NCBI RefSeq assembly: GCF_006345805.1
Contig: NC_042997.1
Location: 67,890,001-67,954,000, forward strand
Direction: 5' to 3'
Source: Octopus sinensis
Taxonomy: Eukaryota
DNA length: 64,000 nt
In this document: positions 26,631-38,600 of the stretch, in pieces
Layout: each line of letters opens with the position of its first letter
Numbering within the stretch: position 1 is the stretch's first letter
Made by a program: the position numbers and the translations under genes
The notes under the pieces: model-generated
The model's database searches: none
The model's input: only the letters and a program-made list of their open reading frames with translations
What the model was told of the DNA's origin: nothing

Positions 26631-27159
26631 ACTACATTAGCAAAACAGTATGTGGTGACGTATTTTATATAAAATAATAGAATTGCATATGCCAAACAAT
26701 ATACTTCTTCATAACGCTGATAGACTGCTCATTAAGTAAATTATTTACTGATCTAAAAACGTTTTTCTTAAACGTATCATGTAATATTTTCCCAATATAT
26801 TTTGATCTAATATTGACATATTGAGTGTTCATGCAGGCTTTAACACATTCATACACATTGCAGCTTAATTTTATTGACAGCCGTGGACGATAGTTTCTGT
26901 ATGAGGATCAGAATAATGTATGATGATCATGTAACTGTCCAAGTCAGGTGCTGCAAGAGGTCAGCTTATTTTAAAGCTAAAATATGATATAATACATTAT
27001 ACATAGATACATACATACATACATACATACATATGTATATATATATATATTATTAAAAACGAAAAAAATATATTCAGATAATTTTTCATTCGTACGATGC
27101 GAATTAGAACACCGTTCTCTGGTTTTGTAAGCGAAGACGAAAAACAAAAGTTATTTGTG

Positions 27160-27169
27160 GTCACGTGAC
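27160..27169. promoter_or_regulatory. Palindromic extended E-box GTCACGTGAC (USF/MiT-TFE consensus)
   Basis: Exact 10-mer in a locally CpG-rich stretch. Motif presence only; no function shown. Confidence 0.2.
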
Positions 27170-27266
27170 TGTTTAAAGCGTAGGCGGTATGATATTGACG
27201 CGATTTTATGGTGTGGGCAAAGTATATGGTTTACTATTGCCCACGTAGTAAGTTAGTTCGCGCTGG

Positions 27267-28915
27267 CAGACACAACGTAAAAGGGTTTCTCCAACGGTTT
27301 GTGCTGTTTCTGAGGATCATGTTGAGGAGTGTTGTTATTGTTGAATATAGTCGAGGGTATTGTTGAAGAGTTTTTGTGTGAACATTTTGTTTTGTCTGGC
27401 TTTCGGTGGATTTGTTGCCGTTTGCCCCCTGGTTTGAAGGGGAGAGCGTTGTGTTGTTGTAAAGTCCTCCGAGGAGGCATTGTTTGGATGCATTCATGGC
27501 ATCGGCAGGGAGGAGTTTTGCAGCAGTGGCTGGTGATTCGGGAGAGGAAGTGCAAGTGGGTGGGGAAGAGTTGGAGAAATTCAAGACTTAATGGGGGAGG
27601 AAGCGCACGAAATTGTTGTGACCCCGCCAGAGGAGGTGGGTCATGGAGTGGAGGGAGAAACAATTGCGTATAAAATGTTTGATTTGGAAGAGAAGAGGAT
27701 GTAGATTGTATCAAAGGAAAAAGTGGAAAAATGTCTGAGAGACGTGTGTTGCGACATTATGGCCTCCAGAAATACGGCAGAGGTGGTGCTCCTCCCAACT
27801 TCCCAACTTACCTTGGGAGACGTGTTGTCAGGCTAAGTGGAGAAGGAGATACCGCCGGAAGTGGAGGTTGGCTGGATTGTGAAAGCTATTATAATGGGGA
27901 TGGAGGATAAAATCTCCATCCTCAAAATTATCAAAGTCCCGCGACGTAACTGGCAAGGGCAAGAGATTGAAATGATCGTCTAGGCCACCCCAGAAGTGCT
28001 AGAGAACATAGCTGACACTATTTGGATAGGTCAAGAAGAAAATTGAGAGTGTTAGTGGAGGGCAAGATACCGCGATGTTTCAAATGTGGTCAGAAAAGCC
28101 ACATTAGAGCAGGCCGCCCTCCACTACCAGCAGTAACACCACTAGTTGGCACCGGCGAAAAATTAACCGCACCTCCACTGATTGAAGGATCAGAAAAGGT
28201 GGAAGAGCAAGAAACAGAGAATAGCGAGTGGGCGACGGTGAAGGAAGAAAAAGAAGAGGAAAAGTTTATCACCCGAGGACTCCACCCCCCATTTCCCCGC
28301 TCTTGTCCCTCCAATCTTCGCTTTATCTAGTCCTTCTGATGCAAATACCAATCCCCCTCCAGCCCCACCCTCCACTAATCCAAACCCTGCCCCCACAGAA
28401 ACACATGCAAACACGACAATTTATCAAACCTTCCAACACGCATCCCTAAGGAAAAAGATACTAACCTTGACCTGCGATTCGAGAAATAGCAAACTGGTGA
28501 GAGAAAGAGAAAAATTAAAGTCCACCATAAAGATAAATTTAGAGGATTCTACCCATATGTGAAATGTGTGCTGGTGGATGAAGGCGATTTCAAAAGACTA
28601 CAACAAAAATCCGGGCCGGACATTGCGGATCTATTCAGAGAGGTGTGCATAGATGCATTGCCTCCTGAAGTGGAATACAATGACATCTTAGAGTATGTGG
28701 TTTAATTGATTTTTCAAAAGTGTCTGACTTTGGAACATTGTAAGTAACTAAAAGGTTCAATGCGACTGCTTGAGATTGGGGCTCGAGTAGTCGTCATTCC
28801 ATCGTTTCATAGTTTCATTTTTCATTCGATTTTATTTTTGTCCCCTCTTCTACGTTTTGTATGTCCTTGTGCTGTTCCAATCTCTGTTTTGATCCAAGTG
28901 GTAAAGTAAAAATAA
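27267..28915 (+). mobile_element. ORF1-only non-LTR retroelement (HAL1-like 'half-Tx1/L1'), decayed
   Basis: 12-bp TSD AGTTCGCGCTGG (27255-27266 and 28916-28927); about 230-bp 5'UTR, gag-like ORF1, about 210-bp 3'UTR ending ...GTAAAAATAA; no EN or RT sequence. Confidence 0.8.
27496..28705 (+). pseudogene. LINE ORF1 (gag-like, CCHC zinc knuckle) with stops and frameshifts
   Basis: MASAGRSFAAVAG.., ETIAYKMFDLEEKR, EKVEKCLRDV, IPPEVEVGWIV, RVLVEGKIPRCFKCGQKSHIRAG(R)P (CX2CX4HX4C with the last C>R by TGC>CGC), acidic/proline-rich linker, C-terminus ..LPPEVEYNDILEYVV*. Confidence 0.75.
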
Positions 28916-29504
28916 AGTTCGCGCTGGAGAGCGATTTTGTTTTTTATATAGTTGCCGGTGCCATGCGGTCGATGTAGGAGATGGTGCCGGGCAAAATTCG
29001 CATGGAGCAGTTGACACAGTATTTGGTGTCGTGTGTGAAGTTGGTTTCAGCAGTTAATGTGAACGGCAGAAGGTTTTGAACTAGCTGCGAAAATAGTGAA
29101 AATAGTGAACTTGACAACGTAAAGAAGGCGGAATGGTATCGTGAATTCGGAAGCAATATGAGTCCAGTCGGAAAAAAAGACATAAAAAAGAATATAAATT
29201 ATTAGACTGGTGAATAAAAGAGCTTACCAAAAGAAGTCTACACATTTCAGAGGCAAATGAAAGAACTCTCTAAATATCTCTAAAGAATTGTCTATTTATT
29301 TCATAAATGTTATTAGCTTCTTAATTAAAGTTCTTGTATTTGGTTATAGTCAACAGTTTTGTTTCTTATTGTCAACTCTTCTGACTTCTTTGACTACTGC
29401 TTCTTCCGCTCTAAGCAACTTGGCTTGGTGAGCTATCGCAGTCTTCCGAGATATCGAACACAAACTGTTCTGTTGAAGGTGCTTTCGGTAGGCCGCGTTT
29501 GGCG

Positions 29505-29585
<81 letters not shown>

Positions 29586-29587
<2 letters not shown>

Positions 29588-29974
29588 CGAATCGTGACAC
29601 TCCGTCGGTTAAGACGACGAGGGTTCCAGTTGATCCGATCAACGGAACAGCCTACTCGTGAAATTAACGTGTAAGTGGCTGAGCACTTCACAGACACGCG
29701 TACCCTTAACATAGTTACCGGGGAGATTCAGCGTGATACAGAGTGTTATAAGTCTCGCCCTTTGAAATATAGGTAAAACAGAAACAGGAAGAAAAAGTGC
29801 AGGAAAGTTGTGGTGAAAGTGCACAGCAGGATTCGCTACCATCCCCTGCCAGGGCCTTCTGGAGTATTAGGTGTTTTCGCTCAATAAACACTCACAACAT
29901 CCGGTCTGGGAATCGGAACTGCGATCCTACGACAACAAGTCCGTTGCTCTAATCACTGGGTCATTGCGCCTCCA
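29586..29974 (-). mobile_element. tRNA-derived SINE, fourth family
   Basis: Minus-strand head GGAGGCGCAATGACCCAGTGATTAGAGC..CAGTTCCGATTCCCAGACC (A/B-box-like); flanked by (TA)n and (CA)n. Confidence 0.7.
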
Positions 29975-30130
29975 CACACACACACACACATATATATAAA
30001 TTCGAGAAAAAACCCTATTATGCAATTCAAACAATGAAAGACATAAACCAAATCATAAATAAAAAATAAAATATATTTTTTAAAATCATACAACTAGATC
30101 ATAAAAAGTACAAAAATGAATAAATAGTAT

Positions 30131-30250
30131 TTGTTAACTAAAAAACTACGTACGTTTCATGGCTATAATTTAAATTCGAATTACAACTAAATTTAAATTT
30201 AATCGAAAAACAATTCAATTAAAAATTATAGTCACTCTTCAGGTTAACAA
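30131..30250 (-). ncRNA. Minimal type-I hammerhead-ribozyme-like motif with extended stem II
   Basis: Minus strand: TTGTTAAC-CTGAAGA-GTGACTATAATTT...AAATTATAGCCAT-GAAAC-GTAC-GTA|-GTTTTTTA-GTTAACAA. Confidence 0.55.
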
Positions 30251-30839
30251 TAATAAGAATAATAGTTAAATAAATAAGCATGTAGAATTAAACAATATTT
30301 CTTAAAGAAATAAAATCATAATTTTTCTTATACAAGAAACTGCATTAACTAAATTTGGAACTTAAAAAATTAGGACCAGTTGCCTACAATGTATTTATCA
30401 TGTTAAATATTTAAGGTAAAAAAATAGAGTAGATAGAAAAATGTATTTAGCTTAATAAAAAACATTAATAAATTATAGAGTATCTTTAACCTAGCTATAC
30501 TCTAATATTTAATTACCAAACTATTTTACAAAACAATCTTAATATTTTTAGATTTTAGTTCACATATAATAATTATAAAATAATAAAAGTATATAAAGTA
30601 CGTATCTAAATTATAATCAACAAATATATTAATTAAAAATCCATATTTTTTCAATAAATTAAACATATAAATAAATAAATAAATAAAGAAATTACTCCAT
30701 TATTACTTAATTGAATATTATAGATATCATTCCGAAAATATTTATGAAATAAAAAATAGGAAGTGAAACATTCCAAAGTAAAAACGTATAACTTATCGTT
30801 TAAAAAATTTATTTGCAAAAAAAGTACTTATTATTATTA

Positions 30840-30893
<54 letters not shown>

Positions 30894-30896
<3 letters not shown>

Positions 30897-33800
30897 TCAG
30901 TGAAACCAGGCTCTCCGACCCGCAGGAACTCGCAGCCCTTTTCGGCGGATACGAGATATTTCTATCTCCGTGTCGGCCGGGAGCGGGCGGTGGTGGTACT
31001 GCGGTGTTGTTTCGGAAGGGCCTGGACCTGAAAATAAGGACAGTCTTCTGGATCCGGAAGGTAAGTTGGTGGTCCTCGACGTGGACGGTAGTGACGGCGG
31101 TGCTTTCAGACTGCTGGCTGCCTACGCTCCGACAGGAGCAGGGCAGTCGGATTATTTCAAACGTCTGGAAGTTTTCCTGGGAACGTCACGCACTCTAGTA
31201 CTAGTTGGGGATTGGAACGCTGTCTTAGACGAACGTTTCGATCGGGTGGGCAGGGGAGCGTCTGATAGGAGAGGGGGAGGGTGCAAGAGCCTCGCCAACC
31301 TACTCGGCCGCTTTCAGCTGTCCGACAGGTTTCGACTAGACAACCCGAATGTGCCAATGTGGACTTGGACAAACCGCATCGGGTCGTCTAGATCGTACTT
31401 AGATAGAGTGTTTTGTAGGCCAGCGGATAAGGACAGCGTAGGGTGTCCACAATTCCACCTAGTCGAATATACGGACCACAAATTAGTGATCTGTACGGTC
31501 GACTTAGATAGGCTACATAGACAGGGACCCGGCTACTGGAAGCTGAACGCGTCGTTAACGGCGTGCAAAGCTTACAGAGACCGGATTAGTTTACTAGTTA
31601 AGCGGGCGCTCACGGGGGCAATCATCAACAACAACTGGTGGTTTGCCCTCAAGAGAGCAATTAGAGTAGAGTCGATTAGGTATAGTAAGACTCTAGCTAT
31701 TGAACGTAGGAAGAGAGAGCGGGATTTAGTTAAGAAACTAGACGAGGCTCTTGACACTGGCATCGCGACCGACGTGTTGGCGGCAAGGTTGGCCCTCGAC
31801 CAACACTTCGACGCCAAACACGAAGGCTGCGTTGTCAGAGCTAAGGCACGTTCGCTAAGCGGGGAGGGGACTAGAGCCGCTCGATGGGCCCGCGTGGCGG
31901 AGGCGAAGCGAGGCAACAGAGCAACCATTCGGTCTTTGGTGGACCAGAACGGGCGCGAGGTTACCCAACCGAAGCAGATGTGTACGGTGCTTCAGCGGCA
32001 CATTGCTCAACTGTTTGGGACGAGCGGTGGAACGGACACCAACGGTACAGACTTCGGTGTGTACCTGGACGGACTGCTGCAACTCTCGGACAGCGAGGCA
32101 GAGTGCTGCGAAGGACCGATATCTGCCTGGGAAGTACAGGAAGCGATGAAGAGTTGCACGAGAGGTAGATCGCCGGGTTTGGATAGTCTGCCCTACGAGC
32201 TTTACTTTTCAATGCCAGACTTGTTTGCGGACCTGTTGGCAAACGTCTACTGCAACTGGCAGCAAAACGGGAGAATTCCTGCTTTTGTCTGTCGAGGGGT
32301 GGTGGCTTTGCTAAAGAAGGACCCAAACAAGGGGGACGTTATAGGGAATTTCCGGCCCATCACTCTGCTCAATGCAGAGTTGAAGATTTTGGCCAAGGTG
32401 CTAGCCAAGAGATTGGCGCTTGTCGTGGACAAGCTGGTCGGCGAGACGCAGACATGCGCCGTGCCGACCAGGTCGATACACGACAACCTCCATCTCATGC
32501 GCTACATCATAGAGAGGGTGGGTAACGACGCTGGCGCGGGTGGGGCTTTGATCAACTTGGATCAGAGTAAAGCCTTCGATAGGGTCGACCATCGGTACCT
32601 GGCAGCTGTCCTCAGGGCAGCCGGCTTCGGTCCAGTCTTCCGCGGGTGGATCGCTGCTTTATACAGCAACATCTGCTCAGTGATACGGGTGAACGGTCAC
32701 CTTTCGGAACCGTTCGACATCTCGCGTTCGGTCCGCCAAGGATGCCCTCTCTCCTCCCTCTTGTACATTTTGACTCTCGAGCCATTACTGCGCAAGTTGG
32801 AGGCTTTGAGGGGTATCCCGCGCGATCTAGGAGGCGGAAACAGCGTGTCTGCTTATGCCGACGACGTCACCGTGGTGGTGTCGAGCCACAGGCACATTGG
32901 CCTGATTGGCGAGACGCTAAACCAGTACGAAGCGGTGACAGGGGCAAAGATTAACGCGGAAAAGTCTGTGGGCTTGCAACTGGGCGCCTGGAGAGGCAAG
33001 CCCATGCCGTCCAACAGCGTCGTAGGGCGCTGGACAGACGGACCCGTTAAACTGCTCGGGGTCTGGTTCGGTCCGGACCTCCAGGTGGATAAGAACTGGG
33101 AAGAGGTGACGAGCAGGGTGGCACGTCTCACCCAGAAATGGGCCGAGAGGAAGCTGTCCCTGAAAGGTCGAGCGGAGGTGGCGAATGCGTACATCTATTA
33201 CCGCTTGACCGTCGTCCCTTGTCCCGACCGCTGGTTGGCCAAGCTGGTACGTCTGCTCTTCGACTTTTTGTGGAAGGGTCAGGTGCCACTGGTCAGGCGA
33301 TCCATCTGCTGTCAACGACCGCTGAACGGAGGCCTTGGAATGCCGTGGTTACTGTTGCGCAGACATGCGCTCAGGCTGCGGCATCTCAAGCGCTTCCTAG
33401 ACGGTGAACAGGTGTGGTCGTCTTTTGTCAGACACGATTTTCCGCAGCTCGTCTCTTTGACGGAGCTGCAGACCTGGATCAAACGTAGACCGAGAAAGGG
33501 CGCTTGGCACCTCGAGTGCCGTCAAGCCCTCTCCGCCCTCCGTCAGGCGGGCAATGCGATCGGTTACAGCTCCACTCTAGCGTTCTATAGAGGGTTAGTG
33601 GAGGAAAAATGCGACGACGTTCTCGGGGAAACTCTAGGCGTTGAAGATGACGAACTGTGCGGTCTGTTCGGGAGGACTTTCGGACCGGGGCCGATGGATA
33701 ATTTCCAGAGGTCTCTCGCCTGGCAGTGCTACCGAGGGGCTCTGCCTGTTCGAGATAACTCTACCGGCACGGAAGTGCCGTCAGCCGGGCCTGCCCGAGG

Positions 33801-34485
33801 TGTTGCCAGGACGACGAAACCGTCCTGCACGCACTCGTCCAGTGCCCGAGTATTGCTGAAATATGGGTTTATGTCGAACAGCTACTGTCACGTGTAGGAC
33901 GGATCCGACTATCGGCCGAATCCATAGTGAAGATTGCCCCACCGACCTCCTTTAACAAGGAGGGCGAGGCCGTTTTCTTGTGCCTAGTGGCTGTGGCGAA
34001 AGAGGTGGTGTGGTGGACTCGTTTGAAAGGGCTAAAGTCAGACACTTTCCTCTTTGGTCAAGGCCTCATCAACTTTTTCAAGTTTCACTTGAAAAGGAAA
34101 ATGAGGTTAGAGAGGAAAGTGCTGTCCGATAGCAAGTTTTATGAAAGGTGGGTGAATTGTGCGAGACTGGCCTGTATAAATGGACCAGTTCTCAGGTTTC
34201 GCCTGTGATTTCAAAGAAAAAGGTAATGTAAAAGAAGAAAGGGGACTCTCTACACCCCCTTTTTTTGACCAGGCTCCCGTTGGCTTTTGTAGGGTTTTTT
34301 CCACCAGGAACCTTTCGAGACGTCTCCCCCTTTTGGGAGTTTTTCATTGTTTTAATAATCATTGCTTTAAAGTTTTTTACACGGATTTTTTAACAAACGG
34401 ACAAAACCCTTTGTAACCTTTCGTCCTGTCTTGTCCCTTTATGTAATCATGCGTGTCAGCCCTTGTGGCCAATAAAAAAGAATGA
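30894..34485 (+). mobile_element. Tx1/L1-clade non-LTR retrotransposon, 5'-truncated inside the endonuclease domain, young
   Basis: Much more GC-rich than the flanks; (ATT)n at 30833-30893 and 34486-34521; 3'UTR 34209-34485 ends GTGGCCAATAAAAAAGAATGA. Confidence 0.93.
30896..34208 (+). pseudogene. LINE ORF2: APE endonuclease + reverse transcriptase + C-terminal CCHC, with two 1-bp frameshifts
   Basis: APE motifs ISETRL, LLAAYAP, LVGDWNAVLD, SYLDRVF, YTDH; RT motifs FRPITLLN, DQSKAFDRVDH, RQGCPLS, YADD, LLGVWF; GYWKLNASL linker; CPRCCQDDETVLHALVQC in the +1 frame after about 33757. The other frameshift is at about 31048. Track ORFs 30970-33897 and 33927-34208 are the pieces. Confidence 0.95.
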
Positions 34486-34523
<38 letters not shown>

Positions 34524-35047
34524 ATTTAATAGTACTAGAAATATAATAAGAACTTTTAGTTATACTAAAACATTTTTACAATCTAAATCACAAAGTGACA
34601 AACTAATATTTTACAATTTACGTTCAGATATAATAATTATAAAATAATAATAATTAAATAAATGTACGTATCTAAATTATCATTAACAAATAAAAAATTA
34701 GAAATTCATATTTAATTAGAAATTCATATTTAACAATCAATACTTATATAGAGTACATTAATATTTCTTAAATAAAAATGTCTACTTATCTCTCCTATCG
34801 TCGATAGAATCGATAGAATCTGGCATTGTACGATCTCTAGTCGTACAGTGTTATTATCCTCAAAAAGTTGGATCGTTATAACATCCATTCAGTATCCCAG
34901 TATAATTACTTTATCGGTACAGGTACGACTATCAACACAGTCTAACACGTACACTTCACCACGATACTGGCCGACGTCACCTTACATAGAGTAACTGGCT
35001 TATTCTACTCGTTACGTGGGACCGTGTACCTTTATTACTAGTTCCCT

Positions 35048-35148
<101 letters not shown>

Positions 35149-35164
35149 GAAAGAGAGAGAGAGA

Positions 35165-35472
35165 CCTTCTCCTTAAGTTACAACCTACACGAGTTACGAC
35201 CACCTACACTTACGACCAGAAAAAAGGAACTAAATAAATGAATAAAAAATCGATTTTTGGACGTTGGGCAGCTGCGCGTACGATAACTATGGTGCTATCT
35301 GGCAAGGCAGGCCTCCCTCAGAATCAGGCATCAGCTGCCTGCCACTATCTCTCACTCAGTCGCTTTCAAGTATGAGTTGCGTTTGAATGAAAATAGTGTT
35401 GAAAAATATAAAGCCGACCAGATCGACTTACGTCCTGTCAGTCGGACGGAACTGGGTAGTAAGTCAAGGAGG
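35165..35472 (+). mobile_element. Internally deleted derivative of the 13478-14218 Tigger-like element
   Basis: Shares TTTTGGACGTTGGGC..GCAGGCCTCC..GTTGC and GACCAGATCGACTTACG..GTAAGTC with the 13.5-kb copy but lacks the coding remnant. Confidence 0.75.
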
Positions 35473-37605
35473 TATATATATGTATATACATACATACACA
35501 TACATACATACATACACATACATACATACATACATACATACATACATAAATATTTGCCCAAATCTCGTATTTTCCGCTTTTCTGTAGTAGATAGTTTCAC
35601 GAAATATTTTTCGACAGACTAATTATCTATCTATCAATCTATCTATTTTTTGCATGTAAATATACGTGCTGTGTTTGCATGTAAATATACGTGCTGCTCG
35701 TTCGAGATTGATAATATATACTAGCAGTGAAATACAAGGGTCGATCTGAAATTTTAGACTTTGTACATATACTAAATTTTAATATTTTAGAAGAAACATA
35801 GCAGTGTTTCACCAGTGGATATTAAAATAAGCATTGCAGAACAAACTGCTTTACTCTATTTAGCTAGATTCTTTTACATACTTAATTCTATCCAGATTCA
35901 ATTAGACTCTGCCTGACAGAATTCCTGACTTCACTGGAATTTGTGGTTACAAGTCAATTGTTTTAGTTGATGCATTTCTGTGCTATGGTACATTTATTTT
36001 CTTGTAAAATATAAAAAAAATAATTGAATGTATAGGAAGAACTAGAAAATAATCGTGATTTATCGAATTCATTAGTATCAGGTATAAGCTTTTCTAACAA
36101 AATATTTCTTTAAGAAAACTTGTGTTCTTTCGCATACGTTACCACATTGCACTGAAATATGCATATCTTTTAATCTTTCAGGAACATATGACAAAAACCA
36201 AGCGAACGTGAAATCTAGAAGGCTGTTCGAGACTGATATAAAGTTATATAGCCAATTAGTAAAGTCTTTATGCATTTGCATAAGAAAGCACTTTTTATTC
36301 TGATATGAAACTAGATTACGAGGATGGCAACCATTACATGGTTAAATGAGCCATTATGAATGATAAAAGAAACAGGAAATTTTATGATTCAATTTTTCAT
36401 TAAGTAAGAAACACATTTTGATTATATCATTATGAGTTTATCTCCTTACATATACACACACACATACACGCACATACACACATGTTTATACTTGGATCAT
36501 AAAACTCCACGTACCGTTTGATGTCTTTAACGCATTTCATTGCCGCAAAAACACAAACATAACGTCTTGAAATTTCTTTTGCATATGTTTTATTTAGCGA
36601 CAAATTCAGCATCGAATATTGTATTCTCTACTGAAATGATAACCATAACCGTAGAAACACCATGAGAGGTGTTTGTTGCATTGTAAGGCATCAAATACTA
36701 AAATGAATTGATCGAATATAATTAGTTACTTACACCAAATATAGTAATACATTCTATCTCAAATATCAAAGAGGTTTAAATTTACAAATATTTTCTACCG
36801 ACTTAATCATGTAGATTGATCATGTAGACTGATCATGTAGATTGATACTTCTTTAGTCTTCCAATGAACCTAATGATGTCTTTTTCCTAAGATAAGTTAT
36901 CTTTATGACAATTTAAACTTTGGTTGGTTGAAGACATCCAATTCTTAAATTTCATTTAGTTATCAACATTCTTTGCTTTTAAGACCTATAATTTTTTGAC
37001 CAGCAAAATTGATCCACGAATAATCCAGCACCCGTTTAAAAATGTATTGTAATGCTGCAGCAATTGCAATTCTAACATTCTAGGATATGTTTCGGAAACA
37101 GGATTTTCACAATATTACTGTCCAGAAAGCTATTAAACAGATACATAACGTTTATTGCATACAGTTCTGTATAAGAAGACAAATATATGAATTTCTGATA
37201 ATCATCGAAACTGAAAAATCTTAGAATCTTCGGGAACAATATTTCTCAGTTATTACAAGTAACCATGATTTACGTTCATACTAACACACTTTGATAGAAG
37301 AGTTAATGGATGCATATTAATTGTGAAGATTCTTCTATCATATCCTTTTGAAGCCGTGTATACATCATAACATAACAGTGTAATTATTTTACGTCGCTTA
37401 CATTGATGTTCTCAATGTTTTGTTCAAGAATATAAAAGGAATATCAATTCTGTATGGAATACCAGAAATAACATACACATACATACATACATATATACAT
37501 TCATACATACATAAATACATACATACATACATACATAAATACATACACACATACATACATACATACTCACACACATACATACATACTCACACGCATACAA
37601 ACGTG

Positions 37606-37677
<72 letters not shown>

Positions 37678-38189
37678 CATCCCCATGACTGCCTGGCTGC
37701 CTGCCTGCCTGCCTGTCTGCCTGTCTGTCGGTCTGCCTGTCTGTCTACCTGTCTATATACGCTAACTACCGGCTTGTTCAGCCACTGAGGGAATCTTTGC
37801 TTTCTAGTGTTTACACACACACACACACACCACACACACACACACACACACATACGAACACACACATGCGCGCGCGCACATACACACTAACATAAATTTA
37901 TACATACATATGTATAAATGTACTGAAAGTTAGCAATGACCTGCAGTAGCAAAAGTTGAGCTGCTGCGAAGATGAACACGAGAAGCTGGACTTGCAGTGG
38001 TAAAAACAAAGTAGGATGTAGAAATGAGTTGACCACCACACCTGCGACGAAAAAGGACGTCGAAATATCAACAAATCTGGGATTTGAAACTTCCATATGT
38101 AAACTGGTTGAAATGCTGTTTCAGGTTGAAATATATTTTAGGTGCTTCGAGAAACTTAGTAAAGGGAGGTTACTGTATAATATTTCTTG

Positions 38190-38600
38190 CAAGGAAGATC
38201 CTTCAACTGTCTAGCTGCCGCTACACAAACTTGTAGACCATGTAAAAAGTGGATAAAAAAACAAGACATTGTTGTTTCGGACAGACAAGGAAAATTATGT
38301 ACTATCACAGAACTCAGCTGCTCTGCTGATGTGAATATCTTTTCGAAAATCAAAGAGAAAAAGGATAACTAAGCACAGTTACTTCGAAACATCCAGTTTC
38401 CATTCCCAGATTATATATTCACATTCATACCAATAATAATTAGTGCACTTGGTTTGGTGAGTAAATGCCTACATGACAAACTGGATTAGCTAGGGTTTTC
38501 GGAAAAAGAAATCAACCAGATAATTCGCACATTACAAATACAATCAGTAAGCGGAACGGCAAAAACACGTAAGACTCTTCTCAAGTTTAAAATGTTGACT
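38190..38600 (+). mobile_element. 3' fragment of an RLE-type non-LTR retrotransposon (R4/Dong/NeSL-like)
   Basis: KQDIVVSDRQGKLCTITELSCSADVNIFSKIKEKKD..LLRNIQ..PDYIFTFIPIIISALG..LGFSEKE..LQIQSVSGTAK matches the PD-(D/E)xK 'PDIVVxD..IIE/D..P/A.D.N...K..EK..KY' restriction-like endonuclease C-terminus. Confidence 0.7.

Noticed and set aside
30000-30830. Very AT-rich block considered as a NUMT
   Set aside because: No mitochondrial protein frame, tRNA or rRNA motif recognised; the hammerhead-like motif suggests a repeat origin.
31004-33859. Many overlapping and antisense ORFs within the LINE
   Set aside because: Shadow ORFs expected from a GC-rich coding sequence.
27267-34485. Idea that the ORF1 element and the ORF2 element are one full-length LINE split by insertions
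   Set aside because: The ORF1 unit has its own 3' tail and TSD, is far more decayed and less GC-rich; the ORF2 copy has its own (ATT)n 5' flank.
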